Shown here: piece by piece, positions 52,276 through 64,000 of the stretch | Layout: the number at the start of each line of letters is the position of its first letter | Numbering within the stretch: the first letter of the stretch is position 1 | DNA from: Paraspadella gotoi | Taxonomy: Eukaryota; Animalia; Chaetognatha | Reading direction: 5' to 3' | Length of the DNA stretch: 64,000 nt | Assembly (NCBI GenBank): GCA_051294375.1 | Contig: JBJCIZ010000744.1 | Coordinates: 2,055,252 to 2,119,251, forward strand | Position numbers and translations under genes: made by a program | The notes under the pieces: generated by a model | Database searches by the model: none | Told to the model about the DNA's origin: nothing | The model's input: only the letters and a program-made list of their open reading frames with translations

Positions 52276-52774
52276 AATTTTTTTTTGCAATTAATTTATC
52301 ATAATTCGATCGTTAATGAATTGATCAATAAGTGAGTGCCCGGAAATTATTGATGGAGGCGGACTACCAACGGACGACAAAAGTGCGAACAGAAAACAAA
52401 TATTTAGTTAGAGTCAAGAGAATATTGCTGATAAGCAGATACCGACTTAAAAAACAAAAGAACTTTTTAAAAATAATTATTTCGGATTCTTCTTAAAAAG
52501 ATCCTTCAAAGATTTCGGATTAGCCTGACTTATTAATATTGATTTGTTGCACTCTATGCCCAACATTTCGCGATACTTAAGCCGGCCAGCGGATGAATCT
52601 TTTTGTGTCTTTTTTGAAACAGGCAAAAAAAAAAAGACACCAGGATCCAATCCTCGAGCGGCGTAGCGACATCTTACAGCTTGCCATATAAAGATTTTTT
52701 TTATTTAAAAAATAGAAGTATTAGTCTCTCTCTCTCTTCATCCTCTCTCTCTCTCTCCTGCCCTTTCTATCGAG

Positions 52775-52828
<54 letters not shown>

Positions 52829-54165
52829 TGGCCTCCCGTAACAAGTGACAACGTAAAACCGCATGACAAACATTTTATTTTAATCAAAAAAAAATAAAAG
52901 AAAAATCAGCCTCTAGAAAAATCGAAAGGCTAGAGGCGAGATTTTTTTTTTTTTTAAGGAATTGTCAAAATTATTTTTTTCCTAACTTCCAAAAAATCCA
53001 TTATTGCTTCCTTTCAATCCAATGTTTTCAAAAGTATTTTTCTTTTTTTCCAAAATCATTCAATCAATTTTTATTTATTAATTAAAATGTTATAATGTTG
53101 TGCTTTTGAAGGTTAGATTGATATAGAAAACACATGAGAAAAGGTGAAAGGATTATCAAAAAATATATTAGAAGGAAAAAAGAGAATTAAACATAACTTT
53201 CAGAAGAAAAGATAAACCAAGGGATGGAATAATAAACGAGTGTGATAGTGTAAAAATAATTTTATATTTATACAAGAAGTGATTGACAACTTTTACCGGT
53301 GATAGGAATTACCTATGGTCCGAGCTAATCCAAAGACTAACCTGTAATACTCGGTTTTTGGTACACGCACGCTCGCAGAGCTGAATTCCTCCGAGCCGAG
53401 GCACTATGGGAGTAATGAACTTCCGGCAATAAGGTTTGGCCTCGTGTTGTTAAGTAGCTTCCCTCGCGTGAAAGGCATGAGACCACTCTCTGGAATCCGA
53501 TGTCAAAAAAGGGATTTCGCCGTGATAAAAATAAAATCCATCGCGTCGGTCCAGGACCCTCCTCAGTGGGAGATAAATGACGGCGGCCCCTCCTCTTTTA
53601 TAAATTTTTTTGGGTATCCCATGAGCTTATTCCGGTCCCCTGCCCCTTCGATCGGGACCCTCGGCGATTTGTGGAGAGTGATTCTACTGACAGACACCCT
53701 CTACACGTGTATACAAGCCCACACGACTTTCTCACCTCCTTCACTTTTCCTAAACACATATTTTGGCACACACCTGCAAGTGAAAGCATTCGCTTTGTTG
53801 CCATTGGCCGTCGAGGGCGGAGACGTAATTTGGCTCCGCTGATTGAGTCAATATTATGCAAGACACTAAAATAGAAATCGGGGGGGCACGAAGAGTTCGA
53901 GAAGTCATCTCTGACCACTAAACACTTTTCTTCGTTCTTCTCGTGAAATTCTTGGTCGCCGAAATTGCAATCCCGCAATTGGCGCAGAAGAAATGACTCT
54001 CGGGTTGCCAGGTACTTTGATCCTAGGGCGACATGCACTTTACCCCTGGGGGAAAATGTTTAAATTGTTATATTCGCGAAGCGCAGAAAATGACCTTACC
54101 TTGCGAGAACATACCAAATCGATCGGACTCGTGAAGACGANNNNNNNNNNNNNNNNNNNNNNNNN

Positions 54166-57100
54166 CCGCCGCCGCCGCCGCTGACATCGCCGCCGCTGCA
54201 ACGACAGATGGGGTACAGGGAGAGAAAAAAGAGAAAAAGAGAAGAAAAAAGAAATTATCTACTAGACTTAGTCAATCCGAATTTCGTAAATGTTAATCTT
54301 TAATCGTCACACCCCGAGCTACTTTTTCTTCTGTCTGGATGACTACGCACGATACATTGCGCCAGTTTTAATTAGTTATAATTATAATTATAATTACATA
54401 TCGCATGAGATTAGTTTATTACAAAAACCGAAATTCAAAAAAAAAGTTCGTAATCTTTGGAAAAGGAATAATTTGCATTTTAATCTAATACGTATCAAAT
54501 ATTTTTTTTTAATTTTCTTTGGAAGTAAAAAGTTGTTTTATTTTATTTTTTCTCCTCTGTTTTCGAATTTCTATCGTCGGAAAACTTACGTCGGATCGAT
54601 TTACTGTCTAAACCTCGAATCTCTTTTTTTTATTATACTTAATTCTATTTTAAAATCTGCATAGTAGCCTAATTAATTAATTAATTAATTAATTAATTAA
54701 TTAACTAATTAATATCTGTATCAAAGTACATTTACGCTTCGCTCATGGGAAAGGCAAGGTTCTCCGGGATGAATGAATGAACGANNNNNNNNNNNNNNNN
54801 NNNNNNNNNNNNNNNNNNNNNNNNNNNNNNNNNNNNNNNNNNNNNNNNNNNNNNNNNNNNNNNNNNNNNNNNNNNNNNNNNNNNNNNNNNNNNNNNNNNN
54901 NNNNNNNNNNNNNNNNNNNNNNNNNNNNNNNNNNNNNNNNNNNNNNNNNNNNNNNNNNNNNNNNNNNNNNNNNNNNNNNNNNNNNNNNNNNNNNNNNNNN
55001 NNNNNNNNNNNAAGTGTTGTCTTCTTGAAGAAGAGGGAGCATCTATGCAACGCAAGGTTGTAATGCTTTCCGCCTCAGTTTTATAAGAGACATACAATTC
55101 ATTCATTCATACTGTTAAAAAGTTATTGTACTAGTCTCAATCATAAAGCCAATGGATTTCCAATGGAATTGGCCGCACCTAAAATGTCCTGATTATCTTG
55201 CTTACCCTCGTCTCTGTCTCTCTCATTGCTACGTATCTAAAATTGCTTACCCTCGTCTCTGTCTCTGCCTCATTGCTGTGAATCTAAATCATCGTCTTAA
55301 TCTCCGCACACTTTGCCCCCCCCCNNNNNNNNNNNNNNNNNNNNNNNNNNNNNNNNNNNNNNNNNNNNNNNNNNNNNNNNNNNNNNNNNNNNNNNNNNNN
55401 NNNNNNNNNNNNNNNNNNNNNNNNNNNNNNNNNNNNNNNNNNNNNNNNNNNNNNNNNNNNNNNNNNNNNNNNNNNNNNNNNNNNNNNNNNNNNNNNNNNN
55501 NNNNNNNNNNNNNNNNNNNNNNNNNNNNNNNNNNNNNNNNNNNNNNNNNNNNNNNNNNNNNNNNNNNNNNNNNNNNNNNNNNNNNNNNNNNNNNNNNNNN
55601 NNNNNNNNNNNNNNNNNNNNNNNNNNNNNNNNNNNNNNNNNNNNNNNNNNNNNNNNNNNNNNNNNNNNNNNNNNNNNNNNNNNNNNNNNNNNNNNNNNNN
55701 NNNNNNNNNNNNNNNNNNNNNNNNNNNNNNNNNNNNNNNNNNNNNNNNNNNNNNNNNNNNNNNNNNNNNNNNNNNNNNNNNNNNNNNNNNNNNNNNNNNN
55801 NNNNNNNNNNNNNNNNNNNNNNNNNNNNNNNNNNNNNNNNNNNNNNNNNNNNNNNNNNNNNNNNNNNNNNNNNNNNNNNNNNNNNNNNNNNNNNNNNNNN
55901 NNNNNNNNNNNNNNNNNNNNNNNNNNNNNNNNNNNNNNNNNNNNNNNNNNNNNNNNNNNNNNNNNNNNNNNNNNNNNNNNNNNNNNNNNNNNNNNNNNNN
56001 NNNGAGAAAAGTGAAAAAAAAAATTGTGAAAGTTGGAAAAATCTTAATCTCTTCTTCGCTACGATTTACTCCCGAGGGGGACGAACGGGCAGACTTTAGC
56101 TCTCCCGACTTATTTATCACTTTCCTATCCTACCTTTTATATCATCTCTATCTCTACCTACCCTTTCCCTTATCCATCCTGATTTTACTTCTTCGTCTCA
56201 TCTTTCTCTTTCTAACTTCTCCCGAGCTTCCATCTCTAATTGGATAGAGATTCTCTATCCAATATGGTTTGAGGATGAATTTTAACACTCTCCCAGCCAA
56301 CCTTTTAATCTCAATTAATTAATTAATTAAAACTCTCCCAGCCAACCTTTTAATCTTAATTAAATTTTTAATCCAGAAACATAATTTCCAACAGCTACGA
56401 ACAAACCAAATCTTATTTCCTCATGCCGTTCTCTAGCAATACACTTCACAACGAAAAAAAATTATAAAGCCTGCCACGATAATCGTAACTATGTATAAAC
56501 TACCCGCCCGACCCGCAGCGCCCTCTTCCTGTAAGGGCAAACTCGGTCAATGGGCTGGGTCAGAAGCTTTGATTGGAACATTTCCAAATGAAACTTCATA
56601 GCATTCTGATGAAAACTTTCAATGGAGCAAAATTTTTCTAAATGGCAAGAAGCATTAGTAATTAATTTTAATTTTATTTACTAGATATCGGGATATGTCA
56701 AAAATTTTTTTTTGAATTTTTATTTTAAAAGCAGATTTAAAATTAGCTTATAAAAAAGTTATCTTACACAAAGAGTATAATTCTTTTCAATATTTTGATG
56801 ATATATGGGTTTAAATTGCCGGAAAAACTTTAAAAAACATTATCATCATCATCATCCGATGATTTTTAGCACGTTTTACTAATTTTTTAGTAATAGAAAC
56901 ATCAAAATTGGTTAAAAATTGAGATTAATTTTTTTGCTTAACTTTTAACGCTCTATCAGACATTAATAAAAAACTTAAAATATCCACAAAAAAATGCTGA
57001 CATTATGATAGCAATTATAATAATATTAATTAGCGAATTACTCATGGTTCGCGAAACATTTTCAAAAAAATTATTTTAACACAATTAATTGAATACCAAA

Positions 57101-59990
57101 TAATGGATTAGTTATTATGCTGTTCCATTAAAATTTGAATTGGCGTCGCTACCGTAGCTATAGGAAAGAGCGCTTAGATTTTATGCTGTGATTTTTTGTA
57201 AATTTTTTCGGGGGGAACTGAGTGGGGCGGGGACGTATGGCGGCGAGCCACTGAGCGGCTCGCGCGGGTGGCGTCGAAACACTGATGCAGCGAGAAGAGA
57301 AAGGAAGGAAGGTTAAAAGCGTGAGCCCCGTTTTAACGGGGGTAATGGTTCGTAGATATTTCGGAGCGATCGGATGGGAAAGGAAGCAGCAAAAGATGCG
57401 CTGGCGCGCCGGGCGGGTAGGGGAGGGGAATTTAAAAAAGGGCGCTGATCGGGGTCGGCGGGTAGGAGGCGAAAATTTAAAAAGAGGGCATGGAGGTGTG
57501 GGCCGGGAGGGTAGAGGGGGGAATTTAAAAGAGGGCGCTGCGCGGTCGTGCGGTAGGGGAGGGGAATTTAAAGAGGGCCGCGCGGGGTCGGGCGGTAGTC
57601 GTGTTTATACATAGTTACGATTATACGTGGCAGGCTTTATCAATTTTTTTCGTTGTGAAGTGTATTGCTAGAGAACGGCATGAGGAAATAAGATTTGGTT
57701 TTTTACGTATGCTGTTGGATAATTAGATTAATATGTTTCGGTGAATTAAAAATTTAATTAAGATTAAACGTTTAATTAATTAATTAATTGAGATTAAAAG
57801 GTTGGCCTGGCGAGAGTGTTAAAAATTCATCCTCAAACCATTATTGGATACAGAGAATTCTATCCAATAGAGATGGAAGCTCCGGAGAGAGTCTAGAAAG
57901 AGGAAAGATGAGACGAAGACAGTAAAATCAGGATGCATAAGGAAGTGTAGGTAGAGATAGATATGATCGATATAAAAGTAGCGATAGGAAAGTGATAAAT
58001 AAGTCACGGGAAGACATAAGTCTGCCCGTTACGTCCACCCTCGGGTAGTAAATCTCTACCGAAGAAGACATTGAGAGATTCTTTCCAACTTTCACAATTT
58101 TTTTTTCACTTTTCTCACTTTCCATCTTTTTTCCCCTTTCCTCCCCTTTTTTTCGTTCCTCCCGATTCTCCTCATTAACCTTTTCCGCGGGATCGAGAGG
58201 AGAGAGAGCACGCGAGGGAGAGAGAGAAGGAGAGAGAGAGACGAGACGAGAGAGGAGAGAGGATGAGAGAGAGAAGAGAGCAGCACCGGCAGCAGCGCCA
58301 GCGCGTCGGCGTGAACACAGACCGGCAAAGAAGAAAACGCACAGCGTCGCCGGCATGCGGCAGCAGCGACGCCATCACCAGCACGCGCCAGTAGCACGTC
58401 GGAGCGATGTGGTTGCTTCCTTCTGTTCCTTTCTATCTCTCTCTCTCCATCTGCCTTTCCTTTTGTCCACTCGCTCGTCATCTCCCTTCCTCCTCGTCTC
58501 TCTCTCTTTCATCTTTTTTTCTAGGCTTCACTCTCTCTTCTCTCTCTCTCTCTCTCTCTCTTCTCCTCTCGTCTCTCTTCTCTCTCTTCTCTCTCATCCC
58601 TTCCAGGCGCAAGCATGCCGTTTACTCCTACCTCCTCTTTTTCCTCCTCCTCCTTCACTCCTCCTCCTTCCATTTCCACTCCATTTCTCAACAACCCTCT
58701 CTCCTTCTGCACTTCAATGAATCCTGGCATAGTAGACACAAATGACGGACGAAGACGGACAAGACGACGACGAAGACAAGACGACGACGAAAGACGGACG
58801 ACTAAGCACGTTATATACTCGAAACGATTACAAACCACGTTGATGTGCCAAAAAGAAATTGGTCTGGGGGGCAAAGTTGCGGAGATAAGACGAATATTAA
58901 GATTCATAGCAATGAGCAGAGACAGAGACGAGGCGTAGGAGCAATTTCTAGATACGTAGCAGATAGAGAGACAAGAGAGGCGTAAGCAAAGATTAATCGA
59001 GGACATTTGTAGGTTCTCGCGCGCCAATTCCATTGCGAAATCCTATTGGCTTATTGATTGAGACTTAGTACAATAACTTTTAACTTATGGCTATGAAATG
59101 AGATGAATTGTATGTCTCCTACTATACAAACTGTAGGCGGAACAGCATTACAACCTTGCGTTGCATAGATGCTCCTCTTCTTCAAGAAGACAGACCACTA
59201 TATTAAAAAATAGAAGACATAAAAATAAAAATTAAATAGGAAAATCAGAAAAAAAAAACAAAACAATAACGACGTAAAAACCTTTAAAATATTAATTATA
59301 TAAATTATAATATATCTAAAAAGATATCGGAAATTTTTTGAATTTTTATAAAAATCTTTCAATTTCATCATCCCGAGAAACTTGCCTTTCCCCATATAGC
59401 GAAGCGCTAAATGTATTCGTACGATAAATTAGTATTTTATACAGATTATTAATTAGGCTTACTATGCAGATTTTTAAAAGAGAATTAAGTATGATAAAAA
59501 AAAAGAGATTCGAGGTTTAGACAGTAAATCCGACCGATGTTAACGTTCCGACGATAGAAATTCGGCAAAACAAGAGGAGAAAAAATAAAATAAAACACGT
59601 GTTTAACTCCTCCAAAGAAAATTAAAAAAAAAATATTATACGTATATTATAGATATAAATATGCCTATTCAGAGTTTACGAACTTTTTTTGATTTCGTTT
59701 TTGTAATATAAAGTAATCTCATGCGATATGTAATTTATAATGGTATGAATTATAAACTAATTAAACACTCGGAGCAATGTATCGTTGCGTAGTTTCATCC
59801 CAGACAGAAGAAAAAGTTACGCTCGGGGTTGTGACGTTTAAAGATCTAACATTTACGCAAATTCGCCATTGACTAAGTCTAGTAGATAAATTTTATGTTT
59901 TATCTTCTCTTTTCTCTTTTTTCTTCTCCCTGACCCCTATCTGTCGTTGCAGCGGCCGGCTGCATGTCAGCGGCGGCGGCGGCGGCAGCG
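54166..59990. repeat. Large inverted duplication (54166-56515 vs 57590-59990)
   Basis: 54166-55323 matches the reverse complement of about 58860-59990, and 56004-56515 matches the reverse complement of about 57590-58118. The second arm is indel-rich. Confidence 0.9.
57400..57600. repeat. G-rich, about 40-bp tandem repeat (GCGGGTAGGGGGGAATTTAAAAGAGGGCGCTGCGGGTCG), about 5 copies
   Basis: Recurring ggtag...gaatttaaaa...gagggcgc units. A single reverse-complement unit sits at about 56500-56528. Confidence 0.75.
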
Positions 59991-60904
59991 GCAGCTGCGC
60001 TGTGCCAATATTTGCTGCCCCGCGCGCTAAATGAGCCAAGACGGTTATTTTGCGTTGCAGAACGATCTCTCTACTTTTTTTNNNNNNNNNNNNNNNNNNN
60101 NNNNNNTATACATATCTAATAGGATTACTACTGTTATTAAGTAGCTCCTTTGGCTACTATCACGAGTGTAAACAATGTTTAACCAACGCCAAAAAAAAAC
60201 CCTTTATTTTTTCAAGACTTCGTTTTTACTTGAGACTCAGTCTTTCATTTTTCAAAACCGGATTGATTTTCCGAATGTCACTTTGATTATGAAACGTATG
60301 CGAAGCAATTTAGTTTTACAACAATCAAGCAGCATTAACTTTCTCTTCGCCTTTTCAAATAAGTTCACCCCGCCTATAAGCATGACACCATTGTGTAAAA
60401 TCATCAGCTTATGACCACTAGCTACCGGGTTCAGTCCCGACCTGCGGGTAGAATTAAGTTGGGTGAGCAATTTCAGTTAGGGATTAGCGTTGGAGATTGG
60501 TTTAATATTTTGGTAACAGATTAAAAATGAATATTAAGGTTTGTTGTAAGGACATCGCATGCTCAGTGAGCATTGCATTGCAATTCACAGGTTAATTCAA
60601 TATTTAAGTAGTAATACCCACAGAGACTCTCTACCTGAATATTAAGGTTAAAATTAAGTTCAAGGATTATTAAGAAACGGAAATTGGGAGCTACTGGAAA
60701 AGAGAGCCGAAAATAAAATTGGATGCTTTTGGAAAAGAGAGCAGCGAAAATTGAGAGAAATCGCGAAGGAGAAGTCGATCGTTTTCGAATTCGACGGAAA
60801 TAGCGCAGGAGGGGGGAAGGGGGGGGGGTGGTAGAGAAGAGAGAGTGAAAATCATGGGGTGTTGAAGGGATATTGGGCCCAGGAGTGTGCAATGGCTTAA
60901 TCCC

Positions 60905-61115
60905 CCAGTTTTCTCTTTTCCTTATTTTTCCTTTTCCTTTCCCTTTCTTGTTTTCCTTTTTCTCTTTTTCTTTTTCCTTTTTCCAATTTTCTCTTTTCCT
61001 TTTTCCTTTTTACTTTTTCCTTCTCTTTCCTTTTTTCCTTTTTCCATTATTCACTTTTTCTTTTTCCTTTTTCCTTTTTTCCCTTTTCCTTTTTTTCCCC
61101 TTTTCCCCTTTTCCA
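60905..61115. repeat. Polypyrimidine low-complexity tract (TTTTCC)n
   Basis: Almost pure T/C run. Explains the Phe-rich ORFs. Confidence 0.85.
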
Positions 61116-61397
61116 TTCGGCGAGAGACTTACCCTCCCTTTCCAATTTTTCGAGTCAACCGGTGTTGAAGCGACGGTTTGCCTTTGCCACGTTGCTGCAG
61201 CTTCCTTGCAACAGCCTTTTTGCTGCGGATTGCTTGCGGCAGCCTTGTTGCTGTTTTTTTNNNNNNNNNNNNNNNNNNNNNNNNNTCTTGCGGAGTTATC
61301 CTTGCGGCCTCACGCCTTTGTGTTTGCTGTTTTTTTTTTCTTAGTGTCGCACATGTTAGACGGTGGCCGTTTTTTTTAAAAGAAAAAGGCCGGCTCC

Positions 61398-61429
<32 letters not shown>

Positions 61430-62161
61430 CTCTCTCTCCTCCTCTCTCCCTCTCTCCTCTTCACTTTTCTTCTCTCTCTGCTCTTCCGCTTTCTCGTCCT
61501 CTCGGGGTCTCTCTCTTCGTCTCTTCTGCCTCTCTCTCTCTCTCTTGCTCTCTCTCTCTCTCTCTCCCCCCTTTATTGAAATTTTCTTTTCCATTCTTTT
61601 CTCTCTCGTCTTCTCTCTCTGTTATCTCTCTCTCTTTCTCTCTCTCTCTCTCTCCTCCTCTCTCTCCTGTTTCTTCTCTCTCTGGTGGTTTTCCCGGTTT
61701 GGTGTGTTGGTGGGGGCTTCTAATTCTTTCCTAAGAATGCTTTTTTTCGCCTTCCCCTCTCCCCCCCCCTCGCGTGTTCCACGCGCCCCGCCCCCCCTCG
61801 CTCTCCCCCTCTTTCCCGGTCTTAAATTGCTGTTTCAATCGGCAAATTTGTTTATCTCCATTAGCTTGATTTCTTTTTGCTTTTTTGCTGGTTTTTGCTT
61901 TTCTTTTTTTTTTTTTTTTTTTGCTTTTTTTTTCAGTTTCTCCCAAATGTCTATTTGTTTCGTCTTTCGGTCGAAGGAATTCGAGGTGTTTCCGTTTCTC
62001 TGTTTTATTTTTTGTATTATTTAATTTTTTATTTGTTTTGTTGTTTTTTTGTTTGTTTTTTTTTGGTTTTGATTAGATTCGTTTTTAGATACAAAGCGAG
62101 AAATTCTGTGAAGAAGACAATTTTAAGGAGCATCATAGTTTTTTTTAATCGGAGATAAATA

Positions 62162-62195
<34 letters not shown>

Positions 62196-64000
62196 TACAA
62201 GTTTTAATTGGTTTTTTCGTTCATATAATTTAGTGAAGTCTGGATGTTTTTCTAAGACTTGATTTGACATCAACTTCTATTTGCTGAAAATAAAAGGGGA
62301 GAAAACGTTTTTGCAAAATAAATTTGAATAATATTTATTTAAATATAATGATTTGTGTTTTTTAAAAACACGTTTCATTAATTTCATTAGTTTTTTACAA
62401 TTAACTTAAGGCTACTTGTTTTCCAAATATTTTTTTATTTTTTTAAAAGAATTCGGTCAGAATAAGCCTAAATATTTTAATTATTTTCGTTTTTACCAGT
62501 ATCATTATTCATATTATTACTATTACTAAACTGAAGTAGCGATGGCCCGGATTCTTTCTGGAATCGGATCGAGGTCAAAGGTTATCTTAGAGGTCAGGTC
62601 AAAGGTAAGGTCAGNNNNNNNNNNNNNNNNNNNNNNNNNNNNNNNNNNNNNNNNNNNNNNNNNNNNNNNNNNNNNNNNNNNNNNNNNNNNNNNNNNNNNN
62701 NNNNNNNNNNNNNNNNNNNNNNNNNNNNNNNNNNNNNNNNNNNNNNNNNNNNNNNNNNNNNNNNNNNNNNNNNNNNNNNNNNNNNNNNNNNNNNNNNNNN
62801 NNNNNNNNNNNNNNNNNNNNNNNNNNNNNNNNNNNNNNNNNNNNNNNNNNNNNNNNNNNNNNNNNNNNNNNNNNNNNNNNNNNNNNNNNNNNNNNNNNNN
62901 NNNNNNNNNNNNNNNNNNNNNNNNNNNNNNNNNNNNNNNNNNNNNNNNNNNNNNNNNNNNNNNNNNNNNNNNNNNNNNNNNNNNNNNNNNNNNNNNNNNN
63001 NNNNNNNNNNNNNNNNNNNNNNNNNNNNNNNNNNNNNNNNNNNNNNNNNNNNNNNNNNNNNNNNNNNNNNNNNNNNNNNNNNNNNNNNNNNNNNNNNNNN
63101 NNNNNNNNNNNNNNNNNNNNNNNNNNNNNNNNNNNNNNNNNNNNNNNNNNNNNNNNNNNNNNNNNNNNNNNNNNNNNNNNNNNNNNNNNNNNNNNNNNNN
63201 NNNNNNNNNNNNNNNNNNNNNNNNNNNNNNNNNNNNNNNNNNNNNNNNNNNNNNNNNNNNNNNNNNNNNNNNNNNNNNNNNNNNNNNNNNNNNNNNNNNN
63301 NNNNNNNNNNNNNNNNNNNNNNNNNNNNNNNNNNNNNNNNNNNNNNNNNNNNNNNNNNNNNNNNNNNNNNNNNNNNNNNNNNNNNNNNNNNNNNNNNNNN
63401 NNNNNNNNNNNNNNNNNNNNNNNNNNNNNNNNNNNNNNNNNNNNNNNNNNNNNNNNNNNNNNNNCATTCTTTCCACACGAAAGGAACCAAAAACATGTTT
63501 TGTTTCTGAATTGTTGTAAAAACTTCGCTTAGTCTTATTTCTAATTAAGGCGATTTCCGCCTAAACTCGTATTAGGCCCTAATAATTTAGGGTAAGGGTT
63601 CTTGTTAGTTGGCGACTTCGACATGGCGAAGGCCAAGGCCAAGGCCCTGGCGGCGTCGCCATTACACTCACTGGAGTAACGAATTGAAGTTGGGGCTTGG
63701 AGATGAACTGGAGACCCGGGTTAGGGTTAGGCTTTGAGGAGAAACCCGCGGGTGATGGGAGGGTTGAGACAAGAGGCCCAGGTGAGATCATACTATACTG
63801 TACTATACTATACTATACTATAGAACTGTAGAATTTATTGATTGATTTTTAAATGTTAATAATTAAGAGCTAAATATTAATGATTTAATGATTATCGCAG
63901 TGGATCGTGGCCGACGAGTCCAGGGTTCGAGAATCGCTATAAGAACTTTATTCACTATTTTGGAATAATAATTTAAAGCTCCGACGTTGAGATAAGATCT

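Noticed and set aside
53300-54140. Higher-complexity block with ORFs 53444..53842 and 53598..54038 as a transposon gene fragment
   Set aside because: No RT, integrase or transposase motif is recognisable, and it lies next to a gap in probable low-accuracy sequence.
62570-62614. Clustered AGGTCA words as nuclear-receptor response elements
   Set aside because: The cluster runs into a large N gap and is more simply explained as the edge of a short-period tandem repeat.
63586-63731. Telomere-like TTAGGG words (also about 17020-17050)
   Set aside because: Only one or two imperfect units; this is not an array.
63895-63940. tRNA/SINE-like A and B boxes (tcgcagtgg...ggttcgaga)
   Set aside because: No cloverleaf stems could be formed, and the match is too short to call.

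Overview
Eukaryotic, AT-rich genomic DNA from a draft assembly, most likely an invertebrate animal. It has many N gaps, dense (GA/TC)n microsatellites and several noisy long-read-like patches. The one identifiable gene is a + strand muscleblind (mbl/MBNL) locus. Eight coding exons at 37165-44847 encode the end of CCCH zinc finger 2, the linker, ZnF3-4, KRP/NLS-type segments and a 'FTGHPPGVPRF*' C-terminus. The 5' exon(s) with ZnF1 were not found. The most interesting biology lies in the mbl introns. Four consecutive 3' splice sites are preceded by very long AG-free zones (about 210-430 nt) with distant branch-point/polypyrimidine candidates and YGCY clusters, which suggests an extended autoregulatory splicing circuit. 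There is also a dual-frame last coding exon and a candidate 3'-UTR intron. Most of the rest is minisatellite or microsatellite DNA plus large inverted and tandem duplications that look like assembly artefacts. Nearly all ORFs in the supplied track are spurious.
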